From Hydrolagus affinis (lineage: Eukaryota), in assembly GCA_012026655.1 (NCBI GenBank), contig JAAILG010000517.1, positions 1 to 64,000 of the forward strand: a DNA stretch of 64,000 nt. Direction: 5' to 3'. Below are positions 1 through 11,378 of this stretch, in pieces. Every line of letters starts with the position of its first letter. Within the stretch, counting starts at the first letter, position 1. The notes beneath the pieces were generated by a model. That model did no database searches. It was not told the DNA's origin and saw only the letters and a program-made list of their open reading frames with translations. The position numbers were made by a program, and so were the translations under genes.

Positions 1-1312
1 TGCTTGTCATGAGCCTCTGTGGTTGACATGGTTTGAAGCCTTTTGCAGATCCGTGAACTGATCTCTGAGGGAACAATAGTATTCTGCCACCTGACTAAGC
101 CAGAGAAAAGTCAGAGGTTGACAGAACTAGAGCAATGCATCAGTGGAAAGCTCCAGAGGAAGGCTAACATGTATTCTGAACGAGGTAAATAAGTGAGACA
201 TTAAAAGAGGAGAAAACAAACAGACACACTTATTTGCTTCACAATAGCAAATTGACCTAATTCCCAGCTTGTTTAAATTCACAACTGTCAGAATGTTTGG
301 GAACTTTAAAGATACGAATATATATTAATAAAATGAAAGATGCCTGGAAGGGCCACAGTCAAGTTTTGGGTTTCAATGCGGTGCAGTAGGTAATTAATGT
401 TGACATGGTGCATTTGCGGATTCATTTTGATGTTTTTTTTAATGATTTCCTTAACCTTCAGTGATTTATTATTTTGTATGAAGCAAACCACCGATGATTT
501 GAATCTCTGTTTGAAATGGTGTTCTTTAATATTTTTTTACACGGCAGAAGAATGTCTGTTTTCATGTTCTGTGCTTGTTGTGGATATTATGAAGGAAGTG
601 AGGGACTAGAAAAAGAACTTGTTGGCTTCAGCTTTCTTTTATAGTTTTATGAACCGTTCATTTCAGGATGTTGATGAAAAGGTGGAAGATGGATAAAGAG
701 TTTCAAATCCTGTTAATTTTATCTGGATAGTATTTAGACTTGATATTCTCTTATTGGAATTTTGCATTCTTTAACATAAAGCAAAGAAAGGGTTGATAAG
801 CAAACTCACACTGCCTTTCTCTAGCTCTCTCGCCATCCTGTACAAATGTAATTTTGTTTTGTATTGTATCCAGCTATCCATCACCCTCTCTGCCTGCAGC
901 CCAATCTTAAATGAGCGCCCCCTACTGCATATGTGTAAGATGTCTCACACTATTTGCCTCTAATCACTCACTAAGTATAGCAACACGTTTGATGTGTTTT
1001 TATAGAAAGGAATAGAATAGAATTCCTTCTAAGTATGAATGCCTCATTAATGCTGAGTTTGTTTGTTGCTGATTGTTGCTCATTGCTGTAATCAATCACT
1101 TGTTACACTTTAGTTCTCACCACTTGCTTCACTGGGGATCTTGGTCCTATATGTAATGCAAGGTTTTAGTGCATTATGCACACAAGCAAGACAAGGTCAT
1201 CTTAAGGGAGATGATTGATGCAACTCCCAATTTCTCTGCTATTAACATTGCGAGGCTGAGTACAATAAGCAATTTCCAATTTTAAACAAAAACTCTAACC
1301 CATTTATTTATT

Positions 1313-1675
1313 CTAATAATAATCCTTTTGTTTGATATAGTGCCTTATTACATCTCTGAGACATCTCAGAGATCTTCACAGAATATACTGTAGGCTATAG
1401 TGACTGTGTATTTTGTAGATGAGTTCAGCAAAACATAATTATGTTATACAGCTATGAAATGAATGACCAATTTTATCTGAAGGATTGTTAGCCAGGGCAA
1501 CGGGAGGAGCTGCCTTCTCTATTCCAATAGTGTCATGGGCTCTGAATATCTAAATCAGTAGGCGAGACTTGGGTTTAACATCTCCGAAAGATAGCACCTC
1601 TGAGAGTTCATTGGTGTGTCAGCCTAGACCGTGTGTTGAAAGTGGTCTTTCATCTCACAGAGTGAGCTATCAACA
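1313..1675 (-). mobile_element. Long DeuSINE/SacSINE1-like tRNA SINE (decayed)
   Basis: Reverse complement of the family tail (aataatcc...tgatatagtgcc...cacagaatatactgta). Core-like blocks ggtttaacatctccgaaaga-agcacctc and gtgtcagcctaga; matches the copy at 22038. Confidence 0.75.
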
Positions 1676-3687
1676 AGTAAATTATTATTCATGTGTTTTA
1701 TCCATGTTATTCCCACTTCGAAGGCATCTATAACAACAAGATGTCTTCATAGACACCTTGATCTAGGCACCCATTTCCGGCTGTTGTCAATGTCTCTCTG
1801 TTGCTGGTTGCAGTGTTTCAGAAATGACTCAACTTGACTCATACTTAGATATTTGAGCAAGGCGCCACCCCCCACCCCCCTCCCACCCCACCACCACCAC
1901 CACCCAAAACATTCTTGCTCCTCCATGGCCTGAGTATGAAGATCCCTGCCCTCAACAATGTTGCTCAATAGGCACTCAATCAGCTTCTAAAAGGAAATGA
2001 CAGGTTAACGTCTCAGGTTTGACCCTTCGTCAGAAACAAGTCTGCTAATGAAAGGTCACCCCAAAACATTGAGCCGCTCTCTTTCGCACGCCGATAAAAC
2101 ATGTCTGAACTCTCAGCATTTTCTGACTTGATTTCAGATTTACAATATGTGCAGTTTTATTCGGTTCTATATCTCCTTCAGAGGCTTGCCTGACATTGTG
2201 GGGGAAGTCACCTTGTGGGAGAATTAAAAGCATGACTCATGCTGTACCACTTTTTGCCACATTATTTATAAAACATTTGTAAGTGCAGCATTTGCATTTA
2301 TGTGTGACAAGATAATGTCATCCCTCAAGAGCAGACGAACTTCCAAATGTGGAATAAACCAACACGAGAGTCCCCATGTACAGTATTTCGCCCGAGCTTA
2401 GTAAAGAGAGGGGGGGAAAAGAACGGATTTTATTACATATGAAAAAAAATTGATGTTAACAACATAGAACTTTTTTTGTGTGTGTATAGTGCACTGATGC
2501 TGGTTGTGTGGGAATTGATACAGAACATAAGTGTACAAAAAACAGGTGTGCTGCTCTCTTTATTGAATCCTTGTGACTGACAGTTGAAGTTAGAAGTCCC
2601 ATGTGAGCCAAGCAATGCTTTAACAAGAGGCAATCAAGTGTCGGATAGGAGGTTCACTTAACATTTAATTTTGCAAAAGGAGGCAGTCTGCAGATATTCA
2701 TGTAAGGCATTTCTTTGCGGACCTTTGACCTTCGTTTTTGTCCCCAGAGTTTGCATAGTCTGTTACTTCAAGCAAACTTTTAACAGAGAGCCTTCATAGC
2801 AGACTTGCTCATGGGCCAAGCCAGTCTCCCACAGTCCCCGCTGGTAAATCACAGGCTGAGTGAAATGGGAGAGGACATTGTGAAGCTGTCAAGCTGAGGG
2901 AAGTTAAATGGGCTGAAGTGATAGCTCATGTTAACACTAGCAGCCATCTCTGTCAAACAAAAACCCAGTAGAGGACATTTAAAAGGCAATTTGGCACTAT
3001 TGGGTGGTCGATTAAAGATACAAAAAAAAGAAAAATAAGGGCAAAGGGTAGCCATGATTGAATGTATAAATCTGGGAGCTTTTAAATGAACAGTATTTCT
3101 GTGTGTTTGTGACCTCTATTAGTGCAGCAAATGTCATTATTCCCCATGTAAATGCAATGGAGACAGGTGTCTCTGTGAGGTCTGGGTGGATACGTGTTTG
3201 TGATACACTTCTTGTTAACATCAGCGGATCCAAAGAAAATGATCTTCTTTCCCTCCTCCCACCTTTTATGTCTCACAGCAGGTAGGCACTTCATACAGGG
3301 TTGCTGTATGATTTAAATCCCAGAGCCAAGCCTGAAAGGCCATGGAAATACGGGTAGGACATTCACATCTCTCTAATGGGTCAATTATTTTAATGTAGGA
3401 CACTTCCCTACTCAGAGCCAATTTTCAGGTGCTTGCGGTATGAGATTGTACTGTATAAGTCCATCAACGGAAAGATCCATACATAAACGAATGTTAAAAA
3501 TCACAGCTGAAAGAAGAAGGTTGCAACCAGCCTTCTCTCAGATATCATTATAGTGATTAAAACAGTTTTTATTTAAACAAGAAAAACAGTTGTGTTAAAC
3601 CAAAATAGGTGGGTTTATTTCACATCAGGACTGTTTGTGACCAATCAATTTATTTATGATCGTGGTCAGGTTTTGAACTCTATCTTT

Positions 3688-3797
3688 TAATACTAATCCT
3701 TGAATTTGATATAGCACTTTTCACTTCTTCTAGACGTCTCAAAGCGCTTCACAGAATGTACTGTAAAGTGAGTTGACTGTATATTTATGGGCGAGAG
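3688..3797 (-). mobile_element. 5'-truncated SINE (ATT-tailed family)
   Basis: Reverse complement of tacagtcaactcactttacagt...aagcgctttgagacgtctagaagaagtgaaaagtgctatatcaaa. Confidence 0.85.
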
Positions 3798-5311
3798 AAT
3801 GATAGTAGGGAATGAAAATAAAAAGGCACTTACCGATGGTGATAGCTGATAAATAACTGCAGGGTTACCTCGCTGTCTAAGTGTAATTACACTAATTACC
3901 TCGATGGCACCAGTACGAGTCCAGCAGGCATGTGCGTTTGCTGTTCCAATGACAAGACAGTGCTGGTAGGTTTCCTGGCAAGAGCTGGGCTGACACAGGG
4001 AGCAGAGAGATATTTCCAGCCCTTGTAGCTGGCCTCCTCTGTCAAAATCATGGCAGTCATTATCAACCTGTTCTTCACAGGATGAAAGCGCACAGCCAGA
4101 CTGTGATCTTAAATGACTACAGTTCAGTTGATTTTGTAACCTTAATCTCCTGTTAATTGTTTGGTAATGAGTGGTACTTCAGCCTCAATCCTACCTTGTG
4201 TAATTAAATTAGAAATCCCCCTTTAATCCAATCCTTACCCTGCTGTGTAAAGCTAACACTAACATTAGATTAACACACAAACATTTTTTTTATTTTGTAC
4301 TTACCATTTCGCTTCCTGTCACATCAGTCCGGCTCAGTTGATAGCACTCACACCTCCAAGGGTGTCAGTCCTCTAGTTGCTAGCACTTGTATCAAGCACT
4401 TTTGAGATGTCCTCCCTCCAAGAAAGGTGCTAGTTATATGATATAAATAATAATCCTTGGATTTGATACAGCAGCCTTATAGTTGTATCATATATAAAGA
4501 TTATTACTAATCTGTCTTTTGCAAAGCAACATCAATATGCACAGCCTCCCACCTTTCACCACCCCAGTGTTGTGACCAATACCAGGTTATTTGGATAAGA
4601 TCTGGTAATAATGGTTGAATTTGTTTTGCAATGGTGTATTCTAAAAAAGACACTTAATATGATACATTTGTCAAGTGTTGAGTTATAATACTCTGCTTTG
4701 GTAAGTCCAGCCACTGTTCTGTCAGACAGAATGGATTGCCTTACCTGAGAGAATCCTTTTTCATTGTTTGCTGTTTTCTGCCATTCCTTTGTTCCTTTTA
4801 GTGACCTAAGCCACAGCAATTCCAGCCGAAGTAGACATTAGCTTCGAAAGGATGAAATTCCTCTGCCTGTTGAAAAGGCAGAAAAATCTGTGTCATGAAA
4901 TCTACAAAGCAATTAATGAAAACCTATGAATGCCTGAAATGCCTTGGTGCTGAAGTGCCAGATTTGTCATTTTGTTAGCATCAATGAGCAGTTACCCTTA
5001 ATGACGAACGAGTAGTTCATAATGCTGAAGTAACTTAATAATCCATTTGAGGTTTATAACTATCAGACCCCTTGAAAGTCACCTGCGGATTGTGGAATTT
5101 CATCTGGAAATCCCATCACATCAACAATGCAAATAAATCTTTATTTTGCACGAAGCATCGGTTTTCTCTTCGTACAGTAGGGGGTCTAAAAGGTGGCGAT
5201 TTCAAACAGGATTTCTTAATAAGAATTCTGAGTTTCAAAACGGGTTTCCTTCCTGTAACTGATATCACTTTGTGCTGTGATTCAAACTGCTTTCGTTTCA
5301 CCCACAAATAT

Positions 5312-5411
5312 NNNNNNNNNNNNNNNNNNNNNNNNNNNNNNNNNNNNNNNNNNNNNNNNNNNNNNNNNNNNNNNNNNNNNNNNNNNNNNNNNNNNNNNNN
5401 NNNNNNNNNNN
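5312..5411. other. Assembly gap (100 N)
   Basis: Exactly 100 Ns, followed by a poly-C run. Confidence 0.99.
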
Positions 5412-5458
5412 CCCCCCCCCCCCCCCCCCACTCTGGTCCCAACCTCGGGACGTTGTTC

Positions 5459-5540
5459 TATTCTGTGAAGCGCTTTGAGACGTCGATAAGATGTGGAAAG
5501 CGCTATATAAATGTAAGGATTATTATATTATTATTTATTT
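5459..5540 (+). mobile_element. SINE 3' tail
   Basis: tattctgtgaagcgctttgagacgtcgataagatgtggaaagcgctatataaatgtaaggattatt. Confidence 0.85.
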
Positions 5541-6976
5541 CAAAGTGCCGTTCCCTCTGGACTCGGTGGCTGGTAGAAAGCCCCATTTGTGGCTCGGATC
5601 CTTATTAAGAAATTATCAATTGCAAGCATTATTATAATTGTCCCATTTGAAATCGCTGCGTTTTAGACCTTAATAGAAAGCGAAGCGGAAAATGATTGTT
5701 CTGTGCACAAGGGGAGATGGATGTAACATTTTCTAGGTGCTGTTGCCAGTTTTGAAATGAAGGTTAGAAAGTCAGATAGATGCACATAAAATGTCAGCAT
5801 TACAACGACAATTCATTTGTCCTTTCCTCTGTTGACCCAGGTTGCTGATGCAAAATTAATGTCAATTGAACAATGAATAAATTGTAGTTAAATGTTGTTT
5901 GGGATATTTTTTTTTAAAAATAACAATCGTTTAGAGGGCAGGCTTGGAGTTGAAGCATGGGCAACCGTTTGAAAAGAAATTATAGCTCAGTTGAGACACT
6001 GCGATATTAATATCTACTGAAATAATACTTTCCCATTTATTCTACGTGAAGAAACACACTAATTTTGCTGATGTGTAATTGGGATCTGCATTTTTCTTTA
6101 CATTTCAGAGGTTTATTGCTCACTAATTTATTTGTTAAATAAAAATACATTGCAAGCGATTAACCTGCCAGGAGACGTAGCAGAAAGACCTGAATTTCAA
6201 TGAACCAATTTACCGAAAGGCAAATCGTATGCTAATGACATGACATTTTAAAGTAAAACTAGAGAGGAGCTACATGTTAACCATGTAATATACTAGTACT
6301 GTCCGACATGGGTCAGATGAAAATTGAATCCAGTATATTGCTGGGCCCTGATCGCTGGTGTCTGTTCATTGCAAATCAGCTAATAATGTGAGACCTTTGG
6401 TTTGAATGTTACTGGAGCTTGTTTGGATTGTGATTTTGTGCGCAGTTATGCGAACCATGGTAAAAATTATATTTAAAACACCACTAAGCACGCGCGGTCA
6501 GTAAATAACCAAAGAATACATTGACATTTTACTCCCCGCGTTTCATTTGATTAGTACTCGCACACCCTGACACAAAACATTCATTATTCTACACCTCAAG
6601 TTTTCGTGCTCAAAGCAAACAGTTCCCCCTGTTCTGCCTGTTTTTCTCCTGGGCATTTAGTTTGCTCTGTGTGCGCGAATAACAAGGAATCGCAGCCAGG
6701 AATCCTGAACTCTGGGTGCAGAAGGCCCAGGCGGGCCACATATTCTGAACGATTTGTACCAAGTTCTCCTCCTCAGAAATTTGCTGAGCTAAATCTATGA
6801 AAATGCAGTACCTGTGCAGAACTGATCAAGGAGAAATTACTGCCTTCTTCCTGGCTCTCTCAACAGGCATGGCACCCAGCTGTTTGCAGCCTTTGCACCC
6901 CAGCTCGCAAGACATCTGAGTAACGCTTTAACCCACGATATCTCGTGCTTACTTTCTTATTTATTTTTTCTTGCAG

Positions 6977-7028
6977 AATGCTGGAGGATGACCTGAAGCT
7001 CAGTAGTGACGAGGATGACAGTGAACAG
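6977..7028 (+). CDS. AFF2: AFF2 exon, 52 nt: (x)MLEDDLKLSSDEDDSEQ, DLXLS motif of the pSER region
   Basis: Acceptor ttattttttcttgcag|A, donor CAG|gtaaat. The peptide is the family hallmark MLEDDLKLSS. Confidence 0.95.
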
Positions 7029-7979
7029 GTAAATACAATCGTGAAACGCTCGGGCAGCACTTTCTGATTGATAGTGAAGCAATTCTTGTCAGTGGGGGTC
7101 AGGAGCATGAGCAGTGCACACAAGTCCCAGCTCCTAGATTGTCAGAAAGCAAACACAACTATAGTGGCTTACTGCGATTGGTTACAGGATCTAAGAGCAG
7201 CACGACACAGTCTTTTCCCTGGTAAGCAAAATCAATTTCAATGCCAAACAGTGAAACAAATGGCGTGATCTCTCTGCCTCTGTGTGCCCTGTGTAAACAT
7301 AGCCCACGTTGTGGCCTCAGAGTAGAAATCATCTGCTATTGAGCACAGGCAAACTATCTTCTCGTACACTGTAGGAATGCGACAGCTGAAGTGTATTCAG
7401 CGCGGACAGGGCACTTACGATTGTTTTGGGGGTGGATTTTAAAGATAGCCAAATCTCTCTCTCAATGAGGATAGTCCCTGCCTATATGGATCCCCAAAAC
7501 ATTTTCTTCGTTATGATTGCATCCGTCGAATGCAGATGAGAACAAATACAGTAATTGATTCCTGAAAGTAGGTTCCAAGTTTGGAAGCCAGCCAAGGGTG
7601 TTAGATGTCGCCATTCATCTTAAAAGTAAAGTTTGAAGGGTTTATGAATGTTTCCCGGACCTCAGTTTGGGGTTTTATTTGTTAGTTTAGTCACACTATT
7701 GTCTGCTTCTCTGATACATCCATGATTTCGCAGACATGTTTTGTAAAAATGCAATGACAGTGTTACGTGGTATGACAGAGAGCTGATAGTGTGAATCACC
7801 CCAAAACTTATGATTTATGCTAGGTGATCGCTGGCAACTCTACAGTAGTTCATCAACAAAAGTCATATACATACGTGAGCCAGCACTGAGAGTTGACAGA
7901 TACACGTAACTATTCAATCCCTTCATTGCACTCCTATACTGTGTTGAAGTAACTGCAGTGTGCTCATCACTTGGTCAAT

Positions 7980-8345
7980 GATTGCTTATGCACAATCAAT
8001 GTCTATGGATATGCTCGTGTTCCACATTGTGAAGTTCACATTGTGTCTAAATAACAGTCACCTCCTTAATCCGACATTTCACAGCAAACCTCACTCCCCT
8101 GTGGATGTCTGGAAAGATCCCAGTGACATAAAAGTTGGGGGGCGAGTAATGACCTTTTACAGCAATGGTGATGGATTGTCCCCGTAGGTTTTCATGGAGC
8201 AGGTGGCAAACCTCAGTCATTGACTCCTCGATGAACTTAAACCTTCTCAAACAAGAGTCTTTGTCTGTCTTGTCTCAATAACTGTCTAGAGTAGTACCTG
8301 TTGAAACGTATGTACTTCCAGTTCCCTCTGCGCTTCTTGATCTCT
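7980..8345 (-). pseudogene. Decayed PIF/Harbinger (HARBI1-like) transposase fragment
   Basis: Minus strand reads SY*DKTDKDSCLRRFKFIEESMTEVCHLLHENL...IAVK...NFYVTGIF...CRIKEVTVI, then a degenerate IDCA*AI. This fits the Harbinger pattern CLRRxRF..E..TELC.LL / VKV..ALNFYATGSF / CI.EVT.AL / IDCTH. Stops and deletions are present. Confidence 0.75.
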
Positions 8346-8917
8346 CTGTTCACTTCAACTTGGATAATCTGGACAGCCTCCAAAACATTTTTGTGCCGCT
8401 TGAGAAAAATACTCTCAATTCTCTTCTCCTATTCTTCTCTCCTTAGACCTGGAGGTAAATACTCCCAGTCTCTCTGTAGAATGCTCCAAGGTAATCTCCT
8501 TAATGGTCTTAAACATTTATGAAGCTAAAAATTCTCTTTCTTTCTTTTCCCATTTGAAAGATGTGAATTTTGGGACCAGCGCTGAATAATTTAACCAATC
8601 TCCCAACATTTCTCCTCCTTTCCGCTTGTTTACCTGTTAACTTAGATTAGTGAGCGGGAGTTTCCTCAACCTAGATTTCTTCCCCAGAGCAGAGGCAGAA
8701 CTAAAGACTGCATTGATACATGTTCCAGTGGTCAGTTGAACAATAGAATTAGAATAGCTATGAGACAAGGGGGAAGCCCTCTGAAAGAATGAGATGTAAA
8801 AATACCTTTGAAATAATGGGAGAAGAATAAATACAGTCTCAACTGAAATGATCTGCTTTTCTGTCTCTTTTGTTAGTCCACTCTTATGGATTACTATGGA
8901 TTATTGCAGTTTTGCGC

Positions 8918-9325
8918 ATCCCTCAAAAAAAACTGTAATAAATCGATCATTTCAATCCACGACTGTTTGTGGGACACTGCTGTGCGCAATTGGCTGCCGC
9001 ATTTCGCCTACAAATACAGTAAAAGCCCATTTATCCAGCACCTTCAGGACTTGGCCAATGCCGGTTAAAGCGTGTGCCGGATATTCGCCGAAAACACACA
9101 ATTTTTTTAAAAAATAATACATTGTGCCGGATAAATTCTGGTTAATCGAATGCGGACCTTTTTTTTGCAGTGCCGGTTATATGGAAGTTACGGATGATCG
9201 GGTCACAATAAATGGGCTTTTACCATATACAGTCAATTCACTTTACAGTATATTCTGTGAAGCGCTTTGAGACATCTAGAAGACATGAAAAGAGCTATAT
9301 CAAATGCAAGGATTATTATTTATTA
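8918..9325 (+). mobile_element. ATT-tailed SINE interrupted by a MITE
   Basis: atccctcaaaaaaaactgtaataaat...gtgggacactgctgtgcgcaattggctgccgc; after the insert it resumes as tacagtcaattcactttacag...aaggattattatt. Confidence 0.88.
9017..9225. mobile_element. 209-bp MITE, Tc1/mariner (pogo/Tigger-like)
   Basis: TIRs CAGTAAAAGCCCATTTAT / ATAAATGGGCTTTTACCA (16 nt perfect). TA duplication at 9015-9016 and 9226-9227, read against the empty SINE site. Internal gccggata repeats. Confidence 0.85.
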
Positions 9326-11319
9326 TCCCAATACTGCCATATTTAGACCCTCAACGTTTGAATCTCCGAGCTCTGTGGGCTTCCCCAAGTTTAAAGTTTT
9401 AATTTACGTACTGTGATGTTGAAATCAATGCAGATGTCACAGTAAAAAAAAGACTTCATGACAAGCATAGTAATATTAACTTTAAGATAAATATTTCATA
9501 ATTTTTAAACAACTTTACACTGCCCTCTTGTCCGCCTTGCCTTCATGTTCATACATTTATACTAACCCAATCCAGCATACTTCTGTTTATTTTAACTTCA
9601 TTCCCTTCTATCCAATCTAAACAAACGTGTCTCTTTTTTAAGAAACATAAATTTAAAGCTTTTCCTGTGCTACTGTTGATTTTACCTTCAAATCCAAAAT
9701 GCAAAATGTGTGCTTTCTTGGCTGAATTTCAATGGTAAAACTCAATTCTTTAACCGGTTAGAAATCAAAAAATTGATAATACTATCTTAAACACAATCAG
9801 GTCAGACTTTGATCTAATTTACTCATTTTGTCTACCTGCTGTGATTTAGTGAATTTGTTTTGTTGGTAGAAAGATACTGCGCCAACAAGATAATACTCCG
9901 GTGGTGTAACAAATGTAAATACAGTAAAAGGGGATGTTTTACATATTTAAAAAAATGTTTTTCTTAAGTGCAGCAATACTTGGGCTGTAATATTCTAATT
10001 ATCTGGTGCCATGTTTATTGCAGCTGCAACTCATCAGTATTTTCCAATGTAATTAACTTTAAGAGACTTTCCTATGTGTAATTAAGAAGAGCCAAAGTTG
10101 GAATGAACCTTGTCATCTCTACGTAAGCTACAGCACAAGTCTTTATTGTAAATGACATTTACAATGGCTCCAGGAGCCCTATTAAATGCACATTCCTCTT
10201 TTACTTATTTGCGAGTTAGTGTAGAGCTTAGAATTATAGAAAATCAAAGGTTAGGTCTGGAATCAATTTTCATTTATTACTAAGAAGCTGTTATTGATGC
10301 TGTGCTCACTGCTCTGAAAATAGCTTTTGAACGTAAGCTTTTATTGATTTCATCTAATATAAAAGAAAATTCACAAGTATTTCCAGCTGATTCTCTGAGA
10401 ATGCAATTTTATTTGAACGGAACCTACAAGTGTCATTTAAAAAAATCTCAACGGATATTATCATAAAAGGTATTGGAAAAAAAAGCTTGCATCTTTCAAA
10501 AGAGATACCACGTTCAAGGTAAATTGTAGATGACTGTTCGCTTTGAAGATCAGAAGAAAGCATAAATCAATTTAATTATAGTCCGCATCTGTTCTTAAAC
10601 TTTACTGTAATTCACATCGATCTTGCTGGTTTCCTCCTGCTTTGGTGAATGTAGCAACAGGAGAAAACCTTTAAGCATCCCCTTTCTAAATGTATGTGTG
10701 CCATATCATTAACCTAACAGAAAAAAGCTGTGGCACAATGGGCAGGGTAATAGTGCACAGACACACATGGAAACGGTACACGCATGGCATCCTCAATGTA
10801 TCTTCCAACTCAGAAATGATTGGGCTTGACATCTATGAAGTATTCTTGCACAAGGAATATATCAGCTTTATTTGGTATTTAATGGGCATTTCAGAAAACA
10901 CAAACCCTTTTTCCCCCTTCATTTCATATATGTAACCACATTTGATTTTACAAAAAAAAACATGATTTAAAAGTAAAATAGGAACAGCAACAGAATAACT
11001 GAAACGTTGTGGTTCCAAAGACCCATGTTTTCTATGATTAAATTTGCTTTAATGCTGAACCTAGCCATCTTTTAATTTGTCCCATTCAGGGGAGAGTCGT
11101 GTGTAATGTGGTTTTGAACGCCGATGCAGCATTTTGGAAGAAGATCCTGATCGGGCCTTGGGCTGAGTTCCGGCACTCAATAATAAAATGCACACAGTTA
11201 ACGTAAAGGCCAAAAAAATCATTTGTGAAATACATAGCTTCTCCCGTGTATCCGACCCCAAAATTGAACCAAATCAAGTCAAATAAGGTTCCAATTCTTT
11301 TTCAAGAACATAACGATAA

Positions 11320-11378
11320 CAACCACAACAACTTCAATTATATAGCGCTCTCCACGCCGGACGGCGTCTCAGAGCACT
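11320..11378 (-). mobile_element. L2-type LINE 3' tail (family with ACGCCGtcCGGCGT stem)
   Basis: Reverse complement of agtgctctgagacgccgtccggcgtggagagcgctatataattgaagttgttg. Similar to copies at 24203 and 52838. Confidence 0.75.

Noticed and set aside
49-184. Exon-like segment (ttttgcag|ATC...CGAG|gtaaat) with a 45-codon open frame
   Set aside because: No AFF similarity. The open frame leaves 1 nt while the 6977 exon needs 2, and the compatible frame has an immediate TGA.
1863-1906. C-rich tract (G-quadruplex potential on the minus strand); also the G-rich tract at 29667-29700
   Set aside because: Simple low-complexity sequence with no supporting context.
5072-5608. ORFs of 178, 108 and 63 aa
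   Set aside because: Artefacts of translating through the N gap and the poly-C run.
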